Shown here: positions 48,474-56,250 of the stretch, piece after piece
How the letters are laid out: each line of letters starts with the position of its first letter
How positions within the stretch are numbered: position 1 is the first letter of the stretch
Assembly: GCA_041577335.1 (NCBI GenBank)
Contig: JBFGJH010000016.1
Coordinates: 1 to 56,250 of the forward strand
DNA length: 56,250 nucleotides
Reading direction: 5' to 3'
From: Acidimicrobiia bacterium
GTDB taxonomy: Bacteria > Actinomycetota > Acidimicrobiia > Spongiisociales > JAENVV01
Notes under the pieces: generated by a model
What the model was told of the DNA's origin: nothing
Databases searched by the model: none
The model's input: the letters and a program-made list of their open reading frames with translations, nothing else
Made by a program: the position numbers and the translations under genes

Positions 48474-49577
48474 TCAGCGGAGAAAGCCGACCAGTTCGTC
48501 AAAGAGTGCGCCGTCGACGTTCCTTCCGATGTCGGCAGGCGTGATCTGCAGCGGATCGGGTTGGCTCACACAGTTGAAGGCGTGGGTGAGGCACGGCAAG
48601 ACGACGACCCGGTGGGCGGCTTGGTCGGTTGCGGATCGCCACGCCTCCGTCTCCGAAGTCGGAACGTTCCAGTCGTAGTCACCCGAAACGATGAGGAGAG
48701 GACGGGCGATCGCTGGTACGAGCGCGGCGGCTTCTTGACTCCGGTCTATCCATGTGCTCCAGAAGGCTGTCGGGGTGCCCTGGGGGCCCGGTCCCGAATA
48801 GGTGCCGCTCTTGATCGCAGCCACGGCCGCCGCCAACTCATCGAGAGGGCCGACTGCCGTTTCAATTGTGGCCTCATCGAGGCCGGCCTGGGCAGCGAAC
48901 TCTCGGCTGAAGTCGGCCTGGTCTTGTAACTGTCGCTCGATGCTGAAGTAGGGAGCGGCGAGCAAGATCCCGCCGGCAAGATCCGGTTGACGATCGAGGA
49001 GGATGGGCACGAATGTCCCGCCTTGGCTGTGGCCGAGCACGAAGACGCGGTCCACCTCGGGTTGGTCGAGAAGCCACAGAGCCGCAGCCTCGGCATCTCC
49101 GATGAAGTCGTCAACCGAGACATCGGCGGCCGGAGGCGGGTATCCGTTGTCGGCGCACCCGTTGAATGGACCACAGGTTCGCTTGTCGTAGCGAAGCGAG
49201 GCAATGCCCCCGTCACGCAACGTCTCGGCGATCTCCTCGAACACCGCGATCGGGCGAGGAAACACCATGTTGAGCTGGCCCGGCAAGGTCTCGTCGCGGC
49301 CGTTCGGTCCACTTCCATGGATGAACACGAGCCCTGTCCCGTTGGCTTGTGGGGGTAATTCGAAGGTCGCAGCCAGCGTGAGGCCCTCGGCCGGTATCTC
49401 GACATCGATCGAGCCTGATCGAGCTGTGGTGGTGTCCACCCCGGGTTCCTCCATTTCCACCGTGGTTCCCTCTTCCGTCGTCGTGGTCGCCGTTACCTCG
49501 GAGGTGGTGGGACCAACATCAGTCGAACAGCCGGCCATGGCCAGGGCGAGCAGACCTACGGCGCCGAGCTTCTTCAC
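48474..49577 (-). CDS. Alpha/beta hydrolase lipoprotein
   Basis: Lipobox LAMAGC, HGSGP, LRYDKR, GHSQG, GDYDWNV, THAF. Confidence 0.88.
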   Translation of the reverse strand: MKKLGAVGLLALAMAGCSTDVGPTTSEVTATTTTEEGTTVEMEEPGVDTTTARSGSIDVEIPAEGLTLAATFELPPQANGTGLVFIHGSGPNGRDETLPGQLNMVFPRPIAVFEEIAETLRDGGIASLRYDKRTCGPFNGCADNGYPPPAADVSVDDFIGDAEAAALWLLDQPEVDRVFVLGHSQGGTFVPILLDRQPDLAGGILLAAPYFSIERQLQDQADFSREFAAQAGLDEATIETAVGPLDELAAAVAAIKSGTYSGPGPQGTPTAFWSTWIDRSQEAAALVPAIARPLLIVSGDYDWNVPTSETEAWRSATDQAAHRVVVLPCLTHAFNCVSQPDPLQITPADIGRNVDGALFDELVGFLR

Positions 49578-49627
49578 GGGCGAACCATAGGCCCGACCGG
49601 CGACCAACTTGGCTCGGCGAGTGACGC

Positions 49628-50104
49628 TCAAGCGGGCGCAGCGATATGGACTGTACGGTCCACCTGGACCGGGAAGTTGACGGAATTGGCGACGAAGCAC
49701 AGCTCGTGAGCACGTTCGTGAAGGCCGGCCGCGATCGAAGCGCCGTCTTCATCCTGGACCGTCACGGTGGGATGGAGGGTGATCTCTGTGAACCGTCCGA
49801 CGCCATCGGCATCGATTTCCAGCGTGCCGCGCGGATGGTCCTCGTACCCGATGACGACGACATCTTCGGTGGCAGCCAGATACAGGTACCACAGCATATG
49901 GCACTGTGCCATCGCGGCCACCAGCAGCTCCTCGGGGTTCCAACGGTTGTCGTCGCCGCGGAATGCCGAATCGGCCGAGCCGGCCAGCGGCGGTTTGTTA
50001 CCCGCCATGACCGTGTGATCACGGCTGTAGCGCCGTACATCGGCCGTTCCGTCGGGACCAGGATCCCAGAACAGGGAGGTGGTGTATTCGATTTTTCGAC
50101 TCAT
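49628..50104 (-). CDS. OsmC/Ohr family protein
   Basis: AGGAGG RBS; GSADSAFRGD, NPEELLVAAMAQCHMLWYL, AHELCFVANSV. Confidence 0.92.
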   Translation of the reverse strand: MSRKIEYTTSLFWDPGPDGTADVRRYSRDHTVMAGNKPPLAGSADSAFRGDDNRWNPEELLVAAMAQCHMLWYLYLAATEDVVVIGYEDHPRGTLEIDADGVGRFTEITLHPTVTVQDEDGASIAAGLHERAHELCFVANSVNFPVQVDRTVHIAAPA

Positions 50105-50180
50105 GGGGCCTCCTGACGTCTCCACGAGTCTCCGGGCACCAAGCAACCAAAGGCAAGGGGCAAAAGGCTCTGTTCTCCTG

Positions 50181-50281
50181 GGCGACCGACTTTGGGTCCG
50201 GCCTCGGATCGCCTGTCCCGTTGGAGCGCACGGCAGCTCCGGGGTGTCACACCGGACCCAAACAGACGCCGGTCGGTCGCC
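50181..50281. other. Long imperfect hairpin in a ~400 nt non-coding gap (structured RNA candidate)
   Basis: GGCGACCGAC-TTTGGGTCCGG (50181-50201) pairs with CCGGACCCAAA (50252-50262) and GTCGGTCGCC (50272-50281). Confidence 0.45.
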
Positions 50282-50504
50282 TGGTCCACGCGTGACGAAG
50301 AGGCTCGTTGCGGCTCGGACTGCTGGCGCTTGTGGCTGGGAGCTGTTGGTCGGTCGGGCGACTTCAGGTCTGGCGTCGGATCGCCGACGACGTGAGTTCC
50401 CAACACGAAAACTCCCTCTACAGACTCCCGCCTAAGCCCAGACAAGCTGGGAGGACTATTCCGAATCTGGCTGCACGCAGCAGCGAGCGATGCGATCGAT
50501 ATCT

Positions 50505-51191
50505 CTAGAACGGCACCCCGACTGCTTCGCACAGCCATTTCATGAATGGCGCCGCCTTCTTGCAGTTCGCCGTGAAGTCCTCCAGGAAATGATCCGTGGT
50601 GATATCGGACTGTCGCAATCTCGTCGAGGCGATGAAGTCCTTGCGTTTCAAATCTTCGATGAGCGGATGGTTGGCGTCGAAGCCCTTGGGCGGGCGTGTC
50701 AGGGAGTCACCCTCCAAGCTGAAAACGTCCGTAAACCGTTTTCCGCGGGTTGCCTTCTTCCATCCGGTCGGGTCTTCATCGATTCTCTCTCGGATCTGGT
50801 ACGCCACCTTTGTTTCGGGGCGCCAGAGGCCGAGACCCATGAAGCACTCGCCGGGCTGGAGATGGAGATAGAAGCCCGGCGCATGAACGTCTTTGGCCAT
50901 GATGTGGCGGAACTGCATCCCGGTGTTTACCTTGTACGGAGTCTTGTCCTTGGCGAAACGGGTGTCTCGTTGGATACGAAACAGCGACCCTCCCACCGTG
51001 CGCGAATCGGTGACGAAATGGGGGGAGATCTTGGCGAGGGGCGCGGCGAAGTCATTGATGAAATCGAGCGCCGGCTCACGAATCACTGCCTCGTATTCCG
51101 CCTGGTGAGCCTTGAACCACTCGCGATCGTTGTTCTCGGCGAGGCGGCGAAGGAACGTGAACAGCTTCGGTGTGAAATAGCGTTTGCCCAT
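50505..51191 (-). CDS. DUF2461 (TIGR02453) family protein
   Basis: NNDREWF, FRIQRDTRFAKDKTPYK, PGFYLHL, LKRKDF. Confidence 0.93.
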   Translation of the reverse strand: MGKRYFTPKLFTFLRRLAENNDREWFKAHQAEYEAVIREPALDFINDFAAPLAKISPHFVTDSRTVGGSLFRIQRDTRFAKDKTPYKVNTGMQFRHIMAKDVHAPGFYLHLQPGECFMGLGLWRPETKVAYQIRERIDEDPTGWKKATRGKRFTDVFSLEGDSLTRPPKGFDANHPLIEDLKRKDFIASTRLRQSDITTDHFLEDFTANCKKAAPFMKWLCEAVGVPF

Positions 51192-51264
51192 GAGGGCAAA
51201 CTAGTCACTCGCCCGGCCGAGAGGTCCGCCGAACTCGGGCCTTCTCCCGGTACGCTGCCGGCCG

Positions 51265-52266
51265 ATGCCGCTCGTTCGGTCCGTCGTCGCCGCTCTCGTC
51301 CTTGTCCTGCTCACCGCAGGCATGGCTGCGGGCGCCCAAAGCGATCTCGAGAAGGCTGAATCCGAGTTCGAGAAGGCGCAGCAGGAGCGGCGTCAAGCTC
51401 AGAGCGAGCTCGGCTCTTCCCAGTCCAGTCGCGAGGCATTTGGCAGCGAGCTGGCGGCAACGCTCAACGAATATCAACAGACCAACGCCCAAATCGAAGT
51501 GCTGGCCAGATCCGTGGCCGGGCTCCGCTACGAGCTCGGCATCAAAGAAGACCGGGTACGAGAATTGCGCGGGCGGACGGAGGAGCGCGCCGTCGACGCC
51601 TACATGCGCAACGTCAGCGGTCCAACGGCACCGGTCTTTTTGGCCGACACGTTCTCCGAGGTCGGCCTCGTCAACGAGGTCGCGGCTTCCCAGATAGAAA
51701 TCGATTCCACCCTCGCCGACGAGCTGGACGTCGCCAGGGCGGAGCTCGACGCGCTGCGCGCTCAGTATGACGGCCAGCGGCAGCAGCTCGACGGTTTGCG
51801 CCTCCAACTCGACCTACAAAGAGATGACCTCGAAATACTCTTTGGAAATGCCGACGACCGTGTGCTGCAGGCCTATCGCACCCTCGACGAGGCCGACGCT
51901 GCCTACGAGCTCGCCCTCGAACGACTCGATGAAGAACGTCGCAAGCGGCGGTGGACGGGATCCGTGGAGCAGTGGCGGCCGCTCGTAGAGCAATACTTCC
52001 CCCCGGAGCGAGTGGACGAAGCGATGTCGGTGATGTGGTGCGAATCGCGGGGCAACCCTGACGCCAAGAACCCGACATCGTCGGCCACCGGCCTGTTCCA
52101 GTTCCTGAGCGGCACGTGGGCATGGGCCTCGGTCGAAGCAGGGTGGGGAGGGTATTCGCGCCTCGACCCCGAGGCGAACATCGCCTCGGCTGCCTGGCTG
52201 GTCGGCTATTCGATTCGAACCAATCACCCTTATGGGGCGTGGGGCCATTGGGTGTGCCAGCCGTAG
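51265..52266 (+). CDS. Secreted coiled-coil plus SLT lytic transglycosylase protein
   Basis: Signal peptide, long coiled coil, VMWCESRGNPDAKNP...ATGLFQFLSGTW. Confidence 0.88.
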   Translation: MPLVRSVVAALVLVLLTAGMAAGAQSDLEKAESEFEKAQQERRQAQSELGSSQSSREAFGSELAATLNEYQQTNAQIEVLARSVAGLRYELGIKEDRVRELRGRTEERAVDAYMRNVSGPTAPVFLADTFSEVGLVNEVAASQIEIDSTLADELDVARAELDALRAQYDGQRQQLDGLRLQLDLQRDDLEILFGNADDRVLQAYRTLDEADAAYELALERLDEERRKRRWTGSVEQWRPLVEQYFPPERVDEAMSVMWCESRGNPDAKNPTSSATGLFQFLSGTWAWASVEAGWGGYSRLDPEANIASAAWLVGYSIRTNHPYGAWGHWVCQP

Positions 52267-52344
52267 CTGTCTTGGCGCATAGCTTTCGGACGGGCTGACG
52301 AGACAAGCTCTAGTTTGAATACTTACCACCGAAGGGAGCTCCCG

Positions 52345-52716
52345 ATGGAGCTAGGAGCGTTTTCCGTCAGCCTCGCTGTGAAAGACATGGCCGCCTCACG
52401 GTCCTTCTACAGCAAGCTTGGGTTCGAGATGGTCGGGGGGGACGGCGAGTCCTGGACGATTCTCGCCAATCAGTCCACCGTTATCGGGCTGTTCCACGGC
52501 ATGTTCGAAACCAACATCCTGACGTTCAATCCCGGGTGGGAGGGCATCGCTCAACCACTCGAGAGCTTCACAGATGTGCGTGAGCTGAGCGGCCGATTAC
52601 GGGAGCTTGGTATCGAGACCGGTGGTGACACCACCGAGGACAGCGCGGCCGGGCCCGCCAGCTTCACAGTCGTCGATCCCGACGGCAACGTGATACTCCT
52701 CGACCAGCACGTGTGA
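52345..52716 (+). CDS. VOC family protein
   Basis: [42 protein letters not shown]. Confidence 0.92.
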   Translation: MELGAFSVSLAVKDMAASRSFYSKLGFEMVGGDGESWTILANQSTVIGLFHGMFETNILTFNPGWEGIAQPLESFTDVRELSGRLRELGIETGGDTTEDSAAGPASFTVVDPDGNVILLDQHV

Positions 52717-52766
52717 GCGGCGACGGGCGCATGGGGTCCGATGGTTCTGTCCGATCGAGTGGCTGA

Positions 52767-54893
52767 TCAGATCAGGCGGCGGAGTGCCTCGCGGTAGTCC
52801 TCCGACTGTTCGTAGCCGAAGTGGCTCAGCACCGGCCCATCGGCCTCATGAGGGTCGAGCAGGCGAACATTGACTTCGACAGCTCCGATCGGGCCACCGA
52901 TGAAGTCAGTGTCTCGATAGAGGTTCACCCATCGACCCTCCATCCGTTCGACGATCTCCCCAACGAGTTCATCGGAAACGTATTCCGGAAAGAACCGGGC
53001 ATAGAGGCGTTCAACGGGAGAACCATACGTGAGGACCGCGACGAGGCTCAGATCGGACGTCTCATCGGCCAATGCTGCGAGCGCAAGCACCGAGCCCTGG
53101 CTATGCCCGGACAGCATCACGCCGCGCTCGCGATGGAATTCCAGCCTCTGCTTCAGGTCGGGCACCGTGCGCTCGCCATAGGAGGGAGGAGCAAATGGGT
53201 GAAAGCGACGCGGCCAGAACGTGGCAACGTCCCACAGGATCCCCACCACGCGCCGCATCGAGCTGCTTTGGTACGACCCCCACAGCAAGATGCCGCCGGT
53301 CAACGGGAGGGTGAGCAGAACGAAGGACGCAGTGTTCTCGAGCCATTGGAAAGGGTTCTGGAGGTTGGGATCCGAGAGGCCCTCGCCCGTCACGGCCACC
53401 TGCGCGAATACCACGAGAACCATCGCCACGAGCGTGATGGTGGCCGCAATGAGGATTCCGGGGACCTCGTCGGTGAGGCGCGCCAAGGCCCGGGCTCGGC
53501 GGATGCGCTCGAGATGGGGTCGATCGACGAATCCTTCGTACTCATCGGCGATGTCGTCAAGGGCTGGGCCTGCCCGGAGGCCACGAAGATATTGGGTGAG
53601 CCCGGCAACGAGGATCGTGACGAGGGCTATCAAGTACGAGGAAGCAACGATGCCGGCGGTGGGCGCCACCGAGAGGGGACCCGTTGCCGGCGTTTCTGCG
53701 ATGTTCCGAACCAGGATCTCAGTTCCGGCGCCGAATGCCGAGATGAGGCCGGCTGCCGCCACCATGAGAGCCGGCGGCAGCGCCCACCGGTACAGTCGCT
53801 CAGTACGTGCCTCGGCGCGGATTGGCCGTCGCGACCGTCCTCGCCAGCTGGTGAGGCTCAAGAGCGCGATCAATACCACCTGGCTTGTGGTGTTGACGAC
53901 CGCAAAGACCGAACCAGCGGTAGCGCCGGGCAAGAAGCTTCCTTCGCTGAGCGACGCGAGCTGATACATGACTGCCAGAAGGAAGGCGATACTTCCCCCC
54001 AACAGCGTCCAAAACGCTGCGACCGGGAGCCGCAACAAGTTGATGGCCACGGCGGCAGCTGCCACGAGAGCCAGACCCACTCCGACCATTGCTGTCTGGG
54101 GGGCTCGAGCTATCTGCTCGGCGGACCCCGCCAGCATTACACCGGTGACGGCGAGACCAGCCGATAAATGGCTGATGCCCAGGCGATGCGAGACGCCGAA
54201 TTTCGACCAAAACTCTGGATCCTTCCAGCTGTCGGCAAACGTGGGGTCGCCGCCGAGATATGCCACTGCGCCCGGAGTCGAGGCCAGCTGAGATCGACGC
54301 GTGATGAAGGCGACGACAGCGAGAAGGCCGAGGGGCAGCAATGACCCTACGAGCAGCTGGCGGCCGGCATGCCCGGCGAAGCGATCGACGGGCCACATCC
54401 ACCAGCGATCGGGGCATTCGTCTATCGCGCCGCACTGAATGATCAGGACATCGAAGGTCAGCCGGCAGGCCAGAAAAACAGCGGAGGTCGTCATCGTGAG
54501 AGCGATCAGCCTGGCCAGAATTCGGTTCAATCTGTCGGGGAGGGTCAAACCACGCTCGGCCTGGGTGGCATCGCCATCGTGCTCGATCATCCATCCGGCC
54601 AGGTTGGTGAGAGCAAACGGCGCCAGGATCAACCAGGCGGCGCGGGATGCGCTGGCGCGCGTGAGCCCGCCCCACGAATACGATTCGAGCTGGCGATCCG
54701 GTCCTTGTAGAAACCGGTCGCTGTCCTCGGTTGGGACGTAAAAGCCTGTCGTACCGTCGTTGGGGCTCTTGCTGTCTGCGAGGGTGACGCTGTCGACGCC
54801 GAGCACCTCGGTGGGTTTGGCGCCACCCACCCCGTGTACTCGGAGCTCGACTGGCCGGTCGGTCAGCTTGATCGTCGATTCTCCTTCGGCCAT
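52767..54893 (-). CDS. Polytopic membrane protein with split alpha/beta-hydrolase (lipase-like) fold
   Basis: N-terminal ELRVHGVGG, many TM helices, LWDVATFWPR, GHSQGS, LTYGSP, NLYRDTDFIGG, SHFGY. Confidence 0.8.
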   Translation of the reverse strand: MAEGESTIKLTDRPVELRVHGVGGAKPTEVLGVDSVTLADSKSPNDGTTGFYVPTEDSDRFLQGPDRQLESYSWGGLTRASASRAAWLILAPFALTNLAGWMIEHDGDATQAERGLTLPDRLNRILARLIALTMTTSAVFLACRLTFDVLIIQCGAIDECPDRWWMWPVDRFAGHAGRQLLVGSLLPLGLLAVVAFITRRSQLASTPGAVAYLGGDPTFADSWKDPEFWSKFGVSHRLGISHLSAGLAVTGVMLAGSAEQIARAPQTAMVGVGLALVAAAAVAINLLRLPVAAFWTLLGGSIAFLLAVMYQLASLSEGSFLPGATAGSVFAVVNTTSQVVLIALLSLTSWRGRSRRPIRAEARTERLYRWALPPALMVAAAGLISAFGAGTEILVRNIAETPATGPLSVAPTAGIVASSYLIALVTILVAGLTQYLRGLRAGPALDDIADEYEGFVDRPHLERIRRARALARLTDEVPGILIAATITLVAMVLVVFAQVAVTGEGLSDPNLQNPFQWLENTASFVLLTLPLTGGILLWGSYQSSSMRRVVGILWDVATFWPRRFHPFAPPSYGERTVPDLKQRLEFHRERGVMLSGHSQGSVLALAALADETSDLSLVAVLTYGSPVERLYARFFPEYVSDELVGEIVERMEGRWVNLYRDTDFIGGPIGAVEVNVRLLDPHEADGPVLSHFGYEQSEDYREALRRLI

Positions 54894-54984
54894 ACCCTAA
54901 GGCATGATGTCTCATGTTTCGGGGAGCGGCGTACAGTTGAATTGCGCGAAACACTCGCGGGAGTTCCTCGCCGAAAGGTAGAAG

Positions 54985-55617
<633 letters not shown>

Positions 55618-56008
55618 CCGAGCAAGGCAGGCCTTGCTTGGATTCTGGTCGAGCGGCACTTCGTGCCGCCGAGCACGATGAAGCAATAGTCCCCCCGGCG
55701 AAGCTGGGGGTGGAGAACACCAGAGGGGTTCTCCAAAGCAGTTGCATCGCAACTGCACGAAGGTACCGCCGCCCGATTGGGCGGGGGTAGGGGGGTGTCC
55801 AGCCCGTGCAGCTGGCTAATTCTTCTTTCTGGAATTCCAGCGAGGGTATGGCGGCGGTGTGGGCTTGCGGATCGTGTTTCTTCGACCGTGATGCGTCGAC
55901 AGCTGAATGGCGGCGTGGTGGGCCGCTGCCCAACAGCAGACCCTGCCGAGGGACTACTGCAAAAAGCCGCGGGTCGGCGTCGCCGCCACCTCTACGGAGA
56001 CGGCGGCG
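55618..56008. other. Hairpin-dense intergenic element (ncRNA or non-autonomous mobile element remnant)
   Basis: At least six short hairpins plus long-range inverted repeat GCAATAGTCCC (55683-55693) / GGGACTACTGC (55950-55960). Confidence 0.45.
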
Positions 56009-56017
56009 CGTTTCTCC

Positions 56018-56250
56018 TCACAGCTCGCCGTTTTGGAGGCGGGTGAGGACTTCGTCTCTCAGGAAGTCGATCGTGGGGCTTTCGGGATACTCGATCACGA
56101 TGTCTGGCTCGATGCCGACTTCACCGAAATCGGTTCCATTGGGGGTTACCCAGCGGGCGATGGTGACCTTGAGGGCGCCACCGTTGCTGAGTGGGAAGTT
56201 CTGCTGCACCGTGTTCTTCCCAAACGACGTTTGACCGATGAGAGTCGCCC
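56018..56250 (-). CDS. S41 family C-terminal processing protease, C-terminal part (begins outside the window)
   Basis: [38 protein letters not shown]...GIEPDI. Confidence 0.9.
   Translation of the reverse strand, partial: ATLIGQTSFGKNTVQQNFPLSNGGALKVTIARWVTPNGTDFGEVGIEPDIVIEYPESPTIDFLRDEVLTRLQNGEL

Noticed and set aside
55618..56008. RNase P RNA, tmRNA, SRP RNA or group II intron
   Set aside because: Lacks GAGGAAAGTCC / AAxxCGGCTTA, tRNA-like ends, the SRP GGAA-loop helix and a domain V consensus.

Overview
A high-GC window whose gene set (SLH-domain secreted protein, Thr-rich exported proteins, MalT-like LuxR regulators, Rpf-like transglycosylases) suggests an actinobacterium, probably Acidimicrobiia; this is inference. 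About 0.6-17.4 kb is an accessory block. It holds three paralogous MalT-like ATPase-LuxR regulators, an arylsulfatase with its formylglycine-generating enzyme, a decayed HAD-hydrolase remnant, a SAM methyltransferase, a partnerless HerA-type ATPase, MscS, a DUF1269 protein and a SHOCT protein. The palindrome TCACC-N7-GGTGA occurs in two of its promoter regions, making this the best candidate for an undescribed regulon. The rest is mostly housekeeping: MoxR/DUF58/transglutaminase, a tandem glycine riboswitch before gcvT-gcvP (no gcvH), amidase, azlCD, a PrimPol/M50/aminotransferase-V/TPM operon, thyA-folA, a StcD-like flavin oxidoreductase, a cupredoxin-fused two-domain multicopper oxidase, ndh, msrA and an S41 protease fragment. 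Two long, hairpin-rich intergenic segments (about 50.1-50.5 kb and 55.6-56.0 kb) are unexplained. No CRISPR array, rRNA, tRNA or intact transposase was seen.
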